This document shows, in pieces, positions 28,329 to 37,352 of a stretch of 64,000 nt of DNA. The notes under the pieces were generated by a model. It was not told the origin of the DNA. It ran no database searches and worked only from the letters and a program-made list of their open reading frames with translations. Positions within the stretch are counted from its first letter, which is position 1; every line of letters starts with the position of its first letter. Both the position numbers and the translations under genes were made by a program. Where the stretch lies: positions 32,001-96,000 of the IMG/VR virus record IMGVR_UViG_3300020190_000012; one strand, 5' to 3'. The stretch is from a virus.

Positions 28329-29171
28329 TCAAGTAACTACGAATTTACGCGTAAATGTCCTGCTCGGGAAAGAAAATCTGACTATTCTGGTCAATAAATA
28401 ATTTCTAGGCGCTCCAACCGTTGTGTCCCATGAAACAACCACCTGTCTGCGGCTGGCTTCAGAAAAATGCATATCGTGAGGTTCAATCTCCCTTGAAATA
28501 ATTTTGCCGCCCTCTGTCAAATATTCTATAAGCATAGACTGCCTGTTTGCCACAGACCACCTGACTGCATCACCAACTCCTGAAAAATTTGGGACTGCAA
28601 CAGATATAGAAACCTGAGAATCTGCTGCAGACCTGGCTGGATCCGTGACTATTTGGGCTCTATCTGCGGGAACCTCATCTGCCTGAGGAGGCGGGGTCGA
28701 AGCAACATCCTCCCCTTCTGACGATTGTCTGATCTCTGCAAAATCAACACGATCTGGGTCCAAGGACGTCAGTGGCATCTTTTGGGCGAGTTTATAGCTT
28801 CTGTTAAATATGCAGCAGGGTTGGACGCCATCTGTATTGAGATGACACTCATCGCCAACCCTGAATCCATTCTTGGAAAGCCAGCCATCGGGCAACTCAA
28901 CGACCAAACTACACGGCTCAGAAGACGAAACCGATGTCAAATCATGAGGTCTTATCCTGCCAACTGTGACAATTTTACCAAATGGATTTACAAAAGCTAT
29001 GTCCAATGGCAGAAATGTGTTCATACCCCAAAAACTATGTCGCTCTGGCCTGTCAAATACAAAAGCCATGCCATGCCCGTCTTCTAGCTCATGCCTGAAC
29101 ATCAAACCTCTTTCTCTGAGATGTGGCTTATCTGCCAATTCAACCACAACTCGAGAAAATTGGTTATTCAT
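28329..29171 (-). CDS. DUF192-WYL domain fusion protein
   Basis: DUF192: VELAD...RERGLMFR..L....GMAFVF.....SFWGMNTFLPLDIAFV...VVELP.G. WYL-like: IEYLTEGG..ISREIEPH...VVVSWD....APRNYLLTRI. Confidence 0.8.
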   Translation of the reverse strand: MNNQFSRVVVELADKPHLRERGLMFRHELEDGHGMAFVFDRPERHSFWGMNTFLPLDIAFVNPFGKIVTVGRIRPHDLTSVSSSEPCSLVVELPDGWLSKNGFRVGDECHLNTDGVQPCCIFNRSYKLAQKMPLTSLDPDRVDFAEIRQSSEGEDVASTPPPQADEVPADRAQIVTDPARSAADSQVSISVAVPNFSGVGDAVRWSVANRQSMLIEYLTEGGKIISREIEPHDMHFSEASRRQVVVSWDTTVGAPRNYLLTRIVRFSFPSRTFTRKFVVT

Positions 29172-29382
29172 ACTCGGAGACACGAAAGCCCCCACGAACA
29201 AGACGATCTGCGAAGTCCTCGCACTCATTCTCGTCATCAAATTCTAGGCGATATCCAGATCCGTGACGAAAAACATCGGCCCCAACGCCGCGAGCCCGCC
29301 TAAGCGCCTCATCTAGACTCCAGGAGCGCTCAAAAGAACCTGAAGGTCTTGTGGGTCTGTCTTTCAGTATGCAAACTCTCAT
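29164..29382 (-). CDS. Hypothetical protein (72 aa)
   Basis: Fills the operon gap with short overlaps. Confidence 0.55.
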   Translation of the reverse strand: MRVCILKDRPTRPSGSFERSWSLDEALRRARGVGADVFRHGSGYRLEFDDENECEDFADRLVRGGFRVSEYE

Positions 29383-29726
29383 CGGCGTGCAATCCCAGTT
29401 TTGACTGTGTTCTTGATAGCAAAAACACAGTCGTCGTCATTCAGAATGACCGCTTCTAGAAGCCGCTTACCGTTTGCGGTAATCTTTATTGTTTCCCCAT
29501 GCCATTCTGCAAATCCCAAACTCTCGAGATTGATGAGTTCATCAGTTCTCAAACCAAACGGCCTTTTAAACGTAAGGGGCTCTATCCCAGCTTCTCCAGA
29601 CTTGAAAAGTGAATACAAAACCTTTGCCGCCTTGCCCTTAGGGTCGCCAAGTCCAGATATTGCAGACCCCGACCTCTCGCGCATGATGAAATCAAGTATA
29701 GAACTGTTTGCGGTTTTTAGATTCAT
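29379..29726 (-). CDS. Hypothetical protein, winged-helix-like
   Basis: ATGA overlap at 29726; LINLESLGFAEW....KITANGKRLL resembles a wHTH wing. Confidence 0.55.
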   Translation of the reverse strand: MNLKTANSSILDFIMRERSGSAISGLGDPKGKAAKVLYSLFKSGEAGIEPLTFKRPFGLRTDELINLESLGFAEWHGETIKITANGKRLLEAVILNDDDCVFAIKNTVKTGIARR

Positions 29727-30604
29727 CCCAAGTGTTTCCAAAGGTATTCCCTGTACTTGTACGGACTTTCATTCTTCGCATTATCTATAAGATATGGCTC
29801 TGTTGCCAACTCTCTCCAGTAGAATCCGGGTCTGAAACGAGGCTCATTATATGCCTCAGTCCAAGAGCGATATCTGTGTTGGCTCTTGCGAGCGATCGAA
29901 TCACCCTCAATGCTCTCCTCTATGTCCCTCCAGGGGATCACACGATCACCCATTGGAAGATCTAGGCGACCCCACGGGCCATCCATCACGGAAGCAATCT
30001 TTTTAGATAACGAAGCAGTGAACAACCTGTGCTTATACGAAAGGCGCGCAATCATGTACTCATGAAGAGATATTTTGGAAAGCAGCGCAGATATTTCCGA
30101 ACAAGCAGGAGTGGGAAGTTTTGCCACATCGAATGAAGCCATGAAGTTTCTTATGATTTCATGCTTCACCTGATCATTCAACCGATCCTTGGCTGACATG
30201 GTGCACAATCCTTCAAGAGCACATACCGCCATCCTTGAGCCGACTACAGAACACGAACCGGCAGAAGGAATAGATTCAAGCACGTTACAAAGTGCTGTCC
30301 AAAGATCTTCAAGCACAATGGCCAATTCATCAGCCCTCTTGGAAAGAGCTGGTTGATAATCTGAGGCAAGAACCTGCATCTGAATCTGTGGATCAAAAAC
30401 AACATCGACGCCAACCTTAACGCCGAGTCGTGCGAGTTCTATCTTTGCATGATCAGGACTTATTGTTGGAGTTGCCATCGCATTTTGCTCCCACCAGCGA
30501 ACTGGCATAGCCACTGTCATAGAGCAGAGTAAAATAACGGCACAATTTCTTGCGGTTTTTCGTCCTAAGATTCTTAAGTACACGCGTGAATTTGTCCGTT
30601 GCAA
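29723..30604 (-). CDS. Hypothetical head-region protein
   Basis: Long ORF in operon; start uncertain. Confidence 0.65.
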   Translation of the reverse strand: MQRTNSRVYLRILGRKTARNCAVILLCSMTVAMPVRWWEQNAMATPTISPDHAKIELARLGVKVGVDVVFDPQIQMQVLASDYQPALSKRADELAIVLEDLWTALCNVLESIPSAGSCSVVGSRMAVCALEGLCTMSAKDRLNDQVKHEIIRNFMASFDVAKLPTPACSEISALLSKISLHEYMIARLSYKHRLFTASLSKKIASVMDGPWGRLDLPMGDRVIPWRDIEESIEGDSIARKSQHRYRSWTEAYNEPRFRPGFYWRELATEPYLIDNAKNESPYKYREYLWKHLG

Positions 30605-30614
30605 TTCTAACCAT

Positions 30615-31136
30615 TCAGCCTATCTCCGTGTTCATAATCCCAAATATGGAATCATCAACAACTGCTTCCTTGGATTTCTTAGTTCTAGACACTTTGCGCG
30701 TGACCTTCTTTTCTGACCGTGATGGCTTGTCTTTCTTTGCGATTTTCTGGTCACTGGCCGCATCGGAAGAAACTGAAGCCACCAAAGAAGAGCATGACAA
30801 ATGTCCAGCACTCACAAGTTTCATGGCAGTCTCTATGTTAGGATCAGACTTCTTCAAAATGAAACACTGCTTGGGAGCTAGTGTTCTCTTCAAAAAAGAG
30901 ATCGTTAGGCCGCCACTCTTGGCATTCGAGAACTCTACTTCGTCCTCGGATGTCTTACTAGATATATCTTCATTCGCAGAATCGAATGATATGTAGCCCT
31001 TCTTCTTCGCCCACAGTACACTTGGATGAAATGCAAATTCGTCTGGCAAATCAACAACAGTACCAGGCTTGAACTTATTCTTGATCGAAGACAAAACCAA
31101 TTCACCTTTTAGTGTTTCAGAAACTATTACTTTCAT
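30615..31136 (-). CDS. Hypothetical protein with two copies of a small shared module
   Basis: PSVLWAKKKGYI and a second weaker copy ending LVSAGHL; basic tail. Confidence 0.7.
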   Translation of the reverse strand: MKVIVSETLKGELVLSSIKNKFKPGTVVDLPDEFAFHPSVLWAKKKGYISFDSANEDISSKTSEDEVEFSNAKSGGLTISFLKRTLAPKQCFILKKSDPNIETAMKLVSAGHLSCSSLVASVSSDAASDQKIAKKDKPSRSEKKVTRKVSRTKKSKEAVVDDSIFGIMNTEIG

Positions 31137-31579
31137 ATCTTTCTTCTCCTGTGTAACATTTTTTCCATGCTGCCCGAATTGGGAGCACCCTCAAATATGG
31201 TTCTTCCACGAGAAACTGGAGACGATGGGTCTGCCCATGTTCCGTCATTAGTTCCCTCTTGATATTCAGTCTCGCCTTCAAGTCTTTCTCGACCAGAGAA
31301 CGGATCCTCTGGGTCACCATAGTCAAAATCATGATTATATCTGTACTCATGATCGCCAATGCCCTGCTCCCAAAGCAAAAAGTCAGAGGCCATGTCAGGA
31401 GGTTCTCCGGCAACACCCTGAGACATAGGCGTTGTAAATTTATAACCCTCTCCGCTATTGGGGCCCCGATGCAATTTATATGGATCAACCCTATCAAAAG
31501 GGCGAAGAAGCGTGTTCGGCACAGTTGTGCCGAGGTTGGCAACCTTGACCAGCCAACTGTGGCTCTCAAGGCGGAGCAT
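31133..31579 (-). CDS. Hypothetical protein
   Basis: 148 aa, begins MLRLESHSWLVKVAN; in operon. Confidence 0.65.
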   Translation of the reverse strand: MLRLESHSWLVKVANLGTTVPNTLLRPFDRVDPYKLHRGPNSGEGYKFTTPMSQGVAGEPPDMASDFLLWEQGIGDHEYRYNHDFDYGDPEDPFSGRERLEGETEYQEGTNDGTWADPSSPVSRGRTIFEGAPNSGSMEKMLHRRRKI

Positions 31580-31582
31580 CAG

Positions 31583-32275
31583 TTACCCAATAACCATATA
31601 GGAAGACAATATGGTTTTCTTGCGACTGTTAAGCTCTGATATTTCAGACACTTCGTCTCTATGCAACTGTCTTTCCTCTGAAGCAGCAGCTAGCCTGATT
31701 TCAAAAAGCCTTCTGTCGATCGCAAACAGATTGGACTGAGCTTCTTTGATGACAACATCTTTGTTTATGTTCTTTAGGTTGGATGGCGCATCTTCAACTG
31801 GGAGATGGCCAGTGTTCTCGATGCGCCCTGCCCTGTTGACAACAAGAGAATCGTCTGCATCCACAGGATCAACATTAGGTTTACCTGTGTTGAAGTGTAG
31901 GGAAAACAGGTCTCTCTCACCCTTCTCTGCCTCTGCGTATGCCTTCCTGAATTTTTGGTCAAAGGCCTCACTTGCCATGTTTATGTCAGAAACAGGAGAG
32001 GACTCGCGAGATTTTCGATAAACAAGATTACTGTCATATCCTGAATCAGCCTCATCAAGGCGTGCTTCAACAACTCTTGTGGCATATGTCTCATCCCGCT
32101 CTGCCAGCCTCTGAGCAACAGACTTGTCAGCTTCGTCGCCATGAGACTCATCTATTGCCCGAGGAAGACTCATGTCGTCCATGGACGATGTCTTGTTGTC
32201 TTCCCTGTTCTGCTCCAAAAATTGTTCTCTTGATGCAGATTTAATCAAACCCATACGTCTCAAAAAGTTGAACAT
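31583..32275 (-). CDS. Hypothetical protein immediately downstream of terminase
   Basis: ATG 32275 with GAGGAG RBS; MFNFLRRMGLIKSAS. Confidence 0.75.
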   Translation of the reverse strand: MFNFLRRMGLIKSASREQFLEQNREDNKTSSMDDMSLPRAIDESHGDEADKSVAQRLAERDETYATRVVEARLDEADSGYDSNLVYRKSRESSPVSDINMASEAFDQKFRKAYAEAEKGERDLFSLHFNTGKPNVDPVDADDSLVVNRAGRIENTGHLPVEDAPSNLKNINKDVVIKEAQSNLFAIDRRLFEIRLAAASEERQLHRDEVSEISELNSRKKTILSSYMVIG

Positions 32276-32277
32276 TT

Positions 32278-34164
32278 TCAGCTCCTCATATCCTTTGCTA
32301 CCCTTTGACCTGAGCCAACACCATACGGAATACCCTGCATGGACCTCCACATAGTCTGATCCTCACCCATAGTTACTGACAATCTAGCCAGTCTACCTTG
32401 CGGCAACCTAGATTCATCTTGCTTAAATGTAGAAAAACAGGCCCCGGCAAGGGCATCGACAAGATCGTCTGTCCTGACTGTACCGTCCCTCTTGGCAAAA
32501 ACACGATAGCCTGTGGGCATGTATTTACGCTGTAAATATAGCATTTCATTCTTCATCGGTTCGTGATAAGGAATATATAATTTCCCACTAGAAGCCAAGT
32601 CATAAAGATAGTCGTAAATGATAATCTTGTAGCGTTTGGTGAAGCGCGTCAATTTTGCTGGTATCCCCTTCGCCTGCAGCCCTTTTATGCTTGCTGCCGA
32701 GTTCCACTGGTCGAATGACACCTGAGACAAATAGAATCTTCTGCTCAGTTTTGCTATATATGACTCTATCTCCTCATTGACTATGGGCTTGTCCTTACTG
32801 GGTTGCCAAAACTTTATGTGGTCAACCACTACCCTGAAATCCATCTTGCCAGTGTCCTTTTTTATAAATTGTTCTCTATGGCAGACCACGAGGGCATAAT
32901 TATGGCTTGAAGTAGCTGGGTCAAGATGACAGAAATAAAACTGGCCAGGCTCACCATATTCTTTCAACTGTAAGGATGGCTTGAAACAAGCCTCGACTAT
33001 GTCCCTTGGAAAGAACGAATATCCAGCCGTTCCTGTGAATTCGGCACCAAACTCCATCTCAAACTCTTCATCCTGCATTTGGGAAAACATTTGGCGAAGG
33101 CCATCTCGATTCTGCCTGGTGTTGACCACCCACGTCGGCAGCCGCATAGACAACCTTTGTGGAACTGTTGGAGAAGTTCTGAACAGGTCGTAGAACACAC
33201 CTTCTTTACCACGCGGACTTGAGATACATATGATCTTGCCATCGTAAATAAACCTTTCCCGCTCCACCCCTTCTTCGTCGATGTATTTCTCTTGGCGAAC
33301 GTATGTGGATGTCGCGGGCGCTAGAGTTCTATATATTGCCTCTCCACCGCTAGACCCGGGGGTCTGCCTGTAGAGACCAACCTCGTCAAGCATGAGACAA
33401 TAACAACCTATACCTGCAAGAGAGTCAGAGTTTGAGTGACCTGATCGGATGACCACAGAGCCAGGAGAAATAGGCAGACCTCTTGCCGTCATCTCTTCGT
33501 TTCTCTTCCTGTCTGCAGGAGTCATGATGTACATCGTATCCTGAAGCATTCCTTCTGGGCTGATTTTGTCAGAGAAATAAATACTCTTCACAACTTTATC
33601 CCTGATCTCTTGAAACAAGATTTCTGCCTGCTTAGAAGAGTTTGCAATGGTGAGAATGGTAAATGGAGCACCTGTACTCAGACCATACATGGCATGCGGA
33701 TCTCCACCCGGGGACTCAATCAACTTTAGAGCCTCATAAAGTGCCAAAATGGATATAACAAAATCCTTGCCAGAACGACGCCCCCACACTAGCACTAACT
33801 CCTGAAACAGATTTCCGCTTTCGTATTTCTTTAGAAGGTCACCATTTTCGAAGTCGGGGTCGTCAAGATCATATTTCTTACACAACTCAATCTCTTCATC
33901 AGTCAACTTCAGATCTTCATTCCCCTTAGTGCCCCTATAGAAGGCTTTGAGTGCAATCCTCTGGAATGGGAACAACTCAATCGGGGTTGGTTCGTAATAA
34001 CCCATCCCCAAGTATTCACGACTCTCAATAAATTCGACTATTGAGGGTATCTTACCAGACGAAGCAACTTGACCGCCTGCCTCGTTTTCGAGTGACTCCC
34101 TGAAAGCTGTCAACTTGGCGAGGAGTGGATTGGTCTTGCGAGGGCGACCGCGCTTAGCCATCAA
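32278..34164 (-). CDS. terL: Terminase large subunit
   Basis: LFPFQ, Walker A WGRRSGKD, Walker B LMLDEVG, coupling motif ISSP, EFGAEF, nuclease HLDPA, FDQWNS, TDDLVDALAG. Confidence 0.93.
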   Translation of the reverse strand: MMAKRGRPRKTNPLLAKLTAFRESLENEAGGQVASSGKIPSIVEFIESREYLGMGYYEPTPIELFPFQRIALKAFYRGTKGNEDLKLTDEEIELCKKYDLDDPDFENGDLLKKYESGNLFQELVLVWGRRSGKDFVISILALYEALKLIESPGGDPHAMYGLSTGAPFTILTIANSSKQAEILFQEIRDKVVKSIYFSDKISPEGMLQDTMYIMTPADRKRNEEMTARGLPISPGSVVIRSGHSNSDSLAGIGCYCLMLDEVGLYRQTPGSSGGEAIYRTLAPATSTYVRQEKYIDEEGVERERFIYDGKIICISSPRGKEGVFYDLFRTSPTVPQRLSMRLPTWVVNTRQNRDGLRQMFSQMQDEEFEMEFGAEFTGTAGYSFFPRDIVEACFKPSLQLKEYGEPGQFYFCHLDPATSSHNYALVVCHREQFIKKDTGKMDFRVVVDHIKFWQPSKDKPIVNEEIESYIAKLSRRFYLSQVSFDQWNSAASIKGLQAKGIPAKLTRFTKRYKIIIYDYLYDLASSGKLYIPYHEPMKNEMLYLQRKYMPTGYRVFAKRDGTVRTDDLVDALAGACFSTFKQDESRLPQGRLARLSVTMGEDQTMWRSMQGIPYGVGSGQRVAKDMRS

Positions 34165-34504
34165 ATCTCCTCACTCTATACCCAACAGATGCTATACACA
34201 ACTTGAAGTCGACCTCTTGTCCTACATGTTTCATCGATGTTGCTGCATTTGTCTCCAAAAGAACTCCTGTTTCTCCATCAATACGCCAGAAAAAGAACCT
34301 ACTCAAGCGCTCAGGATCCACCATATAAACATATTTCATCAAATATTCTGGTATGCCTTCGCAGGCAGCGCATATGGGTTCTACATTTGACTCTGGGACA
34401 CAAGACCAAGCAAATATGTCGTCTCTATCAGCCATTTTGGTGGAGATGGCAGACTTCACAATTTCTGCCTGCTTCAGAGGAATCACCACATGGAAAATAT
34501 CCAT
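34154..34504 (-). CDS. Hypothetical protein upstream of terminase
   Basis: ATG 34504 with AGGAGG RBS. Confidence 0.65.
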   Translation of the reverse strand: MDIFHVVIPLKQAEIVKSAISTKMADRDDIFAWSCVPESNVEPICAACEGIPEYLMKYVYMVDPERLSRFFFWRIDGETGVLLETNAATSMKHVGQEVDFKLCIASVGYRVRRFDG

Positions 34505-34546
34505 GAGACACCTCCTATCCACAAAGATATTTACCAACAAACGACA

Positions 34547-34575
34547 ATAATACCTTCACAAAAACAAAACGTCAA
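34547..34575 (-). promoter_or_regulatory. Sigma70-type promoter upstream of the terminase/head operon
   Basis: Minus strand reads TTGACG-N17-TATTAT. Confidence 0.65.
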
Positions 34576-34972
34576 TCATACTAACTCTTCTACAGACTAG
34601 AAAACTCTTAGTGTCACATCTGTGTCACACATACACCATAGCGCACACTATTCACATCAGATAATTGAATGGCTTATAGACCGCAAAATAAGAGAACTTG
34701 ACATAAACATACTCTCGCCGACCCACAAAAAGAAGGAATTGTACTTAATCATGTACCATAGATACTGCTAGCAGCAATATGCATAGTGTGAGATGCTGCG
34801 CTTCTAAATTACTTCCGTATACAATACTAGATAATACCATAGATGACTAACCTATAATGTATATTAGTACCAAACATAGGCATCTGACTTCAAAGTTTTA
34901 GGTCTATCTATATCGATTGCGTTGACTTCAAAAATCATGGTAATGATAGTACAAATCTAAAAATGGTGTAAT

Positions 34973-35545
34973 CTACATATGGCAGATTACAAAGTACTCG
35001 TTTTTATCTATCTTGTTGTTCTTATCAATAGTAAAATTACTAACCCCTAGACCCAATAAAAGGTTACGGAGTTCTATTTCACTAAAGTATACAAATCGAT
35101 CTTGCTGAAAAACTTTTAGTTCTTTTTTTACGCTTTCCTTAAATACTGTAAAGACGAGTAGGGATCTACAAACCTTTAAAGACTGTTCTAACAGCTTCTT
35201 TAAAAGAAGCTTATTCTTGAGCTCGTCACCATCAATGTTGTAGGTAACCGTACCGAACAGACACACTAGATCATAACTGCCTGTGGTAGGGATTGTTATA
35301 TATACCGAACAACTGCACAACTTTAGCGTCTCCGGGCGTATGTCTACCGCCTCATAGGTGGAGTCTAAGTTGTTCTCCTCTAACCACTCGTGTAAGTAGC
35401 ATGGTCCAGATCCAACATCCAGTACAGACTTAAACTTGTGCCCTTTAAGTATCTCGAATCTCTTTTTGGCTAAATCTTTACCATAGCCATTACTAATAGG
35501 CTCTGGATAGATATCGTACAGACCTTTGATATTATGCTTATTCAA
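34973..35545 (-). CDS. Class I SAM-dependent methyltransferase
   Basis: SVLDVGSG, YEAVDIRP, YDLVCLFGT; paralogue of the adjacent gene. Confidence 0.88.
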   Translation of the reverse strand: MNKHNIKGLYDIYPEPISNGYGKDLAKKRFEILKGHKFKSVLDVGSGPCYLHEWLEENNLDSTYEAVDIRPETLKLCSCSVYITIPTTGSYDLVCLFGTVTYNIDGDELKNKLLLKKLLEQSLKVCRSLLVFTVFKESVKKELKVFQQDRFVYFSEIELRNLLLGLGVSNFTIDKNNKIDKNEYFVICHM

Positions 35546-36132
35546 GATTCTCCTACTTTTCGGTGGATTACAACAAAATACTCCTCTCTATCGTAGTTGT
35601 CGTTTTCTATGATTTCATATTTTGTTACTTTCAAATCTGTCAATAGGTTCACCACATCTTGCTTGGTGTAGTATAGAAAACGATTTGCCTCAATCACCAC
35701 GGGATGATTTATCTCATTTTTCATAACTGTAAATAACAAATACTTTTTGCTTGCTTGTATAGACTCCTGTAAAAGCGAGACAAGAGTTTGTTTGTTCTTT
35801 TCGTTGTCGTAATCTAAATTGTAAGTTACGGTTCCGAATAAACACACCAAATCGTATACTTTGTTTTTTGGTATTTGTGTGTATGTTTGGCAGTCACACA
35901 GCGCAAGTGCTTGAGGTCTTATATCCACGGCTTCATAATCGGTTTTAATATTATTCTCCTTTAACCAGTCAAGAAGAAAACAAGCACCGCTGCCAACATC
36001 CAAGACCGAATTAAAATCAAACAGTTTCAGAATTTCAAATCGTTGATATGCAAAAGGCTTGCCATAACCATTTTCGGCTGGCTTTGTGTAAACTGTTTCA
36101 AGAGTATGGGGATCACGCTGACTTGGTAACAT
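35542..36132 (-). CDS. Class I SAM-dependent methyltransferase
   Basis: SVLDVGSG, YEAVDIRP, YDLVCLFGTVTYN. Confidence 0.88.
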   Translation of the reverse strand: MLPSQRDPHTLETVYTKPAENGYGKPFAYQRFEILKLFDFNSVLDVGSGACFLLDWLKENNIKTDYEAVDIRPQALALCDCQTYTQIPKNKVYDLVCLFGTVTYNLDYDNEKNKQTLVSLLQESIQASKKYLLFTVMKNEINHPVVIEANRFLYYTKQDVVNLLTDLKVTKYEIIENDNYDREEYFVVIHRKVGES

Positions 36133-37312
36133 GGTAAGAACTAGACCCAGTGCAGTATACGGTTACACTGGTCGTAGAGGTAGAGCCGAAATTTTCGTTT
36201 GTTAGGGTTCCTGATGACGAGAAAGCAAGAGTACCGCTCTTTACCAGTATTTTGAAATGAACCCCAGTGCTTAATCCGTTTATAGTACAAGTTAGAGTTG
36301 CTTTTCCACTGGCAGGATTAGATATGAAAATCTTTCCGTCATCAGAATCTGTTACTGACCAAGATGCTGTCTTTGTTTCAAATGCAGCAGATGTAAAACG
36401 AGCAAGACGAGTTGACTGAATGGGTCCGCTGAATGTACTGCCCCCAGGTGCACCGAAGTTTATTGAAAGTGCAGAAAAAGTGATTCCACTTGCGCTGTCG
36501 TCTACTGTAATGGTAGTACCGTTGGCGCCGCCGTCCCAGTCTCCAATGACAGTAGTCCCCATACAGCCATAGCCCATAAAATCAGTTGCGCCGAATAAGC
36601 CAAAGAAATGCACGTCAGTAGAAAAATACAAACTATGGTAGCTCTTCACAGCACTGTAAGTTCCGGAAAACTTATTTCCAGAACCAAACAATTTAAATGT
36701 ACTACCGCTGACTTCAGAACCCATCGTAAGGCTTTGGGCGGTTCCAGATCCTGTGGCTATATTTACGGTTGTGGTGCCTGCTGCAATATTGAGGGTTGAC
36801 GATGAAGTAGTTATATCCCCGCCATTTACAGCAAGGTCCCCAGAAATGGTTAATGAGTCAGTGGTTTTGTTGTAGGTAAGTCCTGCATCTCCGCCAAGAG
36901 CAGAACCACCATCGTTAAACATTATTTGTGTATCAGAACCAGAAATAATCGCAACCGTACCAGAGGCGTCAGGAAGTGTTATAGTCCTGTTGGAGGTGGG
37001 ATCCTGAACGGTCAGAGTGGTGTCTTTGTTATCTACTGTTGCCCCCTCAAAAACAATGCCGTTGTTGAAGGTGATATTCCCTGAAAATATCTTGTCGCCC
37101 GTAACGGTCTGTGTGGTGGATAGGGTGACAAGATTTGTTGCCAAATCGGTCGTTGCCGATAACTTCTTCACAGTGCCACTGGTGTTCTTGATGAAGAGTG
37201 CCTCGTCAGCGGCATTTATTGCAATTTCACCAAGTTCTAGAGAAGTATCCGGCTGCGCAGAAGCAGATGTCGAGTACAAATGCTGAATGATACTCTCTCT
37301 AGTCACTGGCAC
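36113..37312 (-). CDS. Tail fibre/appendage-like protein
   Basis: N-terminal LELGEIAINAADEALFIK, QTVTGDKIF, IVFEGAT...PTSNRTITLPDASGTVA; T/S/G-rich; GTG start. Confidence 0.75.
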   Translation of the reverse strand: MPVTRESIIQHLYSTSASAQPDTSLELGEIAINAADEALFIKNTSGTVKKLSATTDLATNLVTLSTTQTVTGDKIFSGNITFNNGIVFEGATVDNKDTTLTVQDPTSNRTITLPDASGTVAIISGSDTQIMFNDGGSALGGDAGLTYNKTTDSLTISGDLAVNGGDITTSSSTLNIAAGTTTVNIATGSGTAQSLTMGSEVSGSTFKLFGSGNKFSGTYSAVKSYHSLYFSTDVHFFGLFGATDFMGYGCMGTTVIGDWDGGANGTTITVDDSASGITFSALSINFGAPGGSTFSGPIQSTRLARFTSAAFETKTASWSVTDSDDGKIFISNPASGKATLTCTINGLSTGVHFKILVKSGTLAFSSSGTLTNENFGSTSTTSVTVYCTGSSSYHVTKSA

Positions 37313-37352
37313 GACATAGCCATCACTTTCTACATAACATTATACGATCAGA

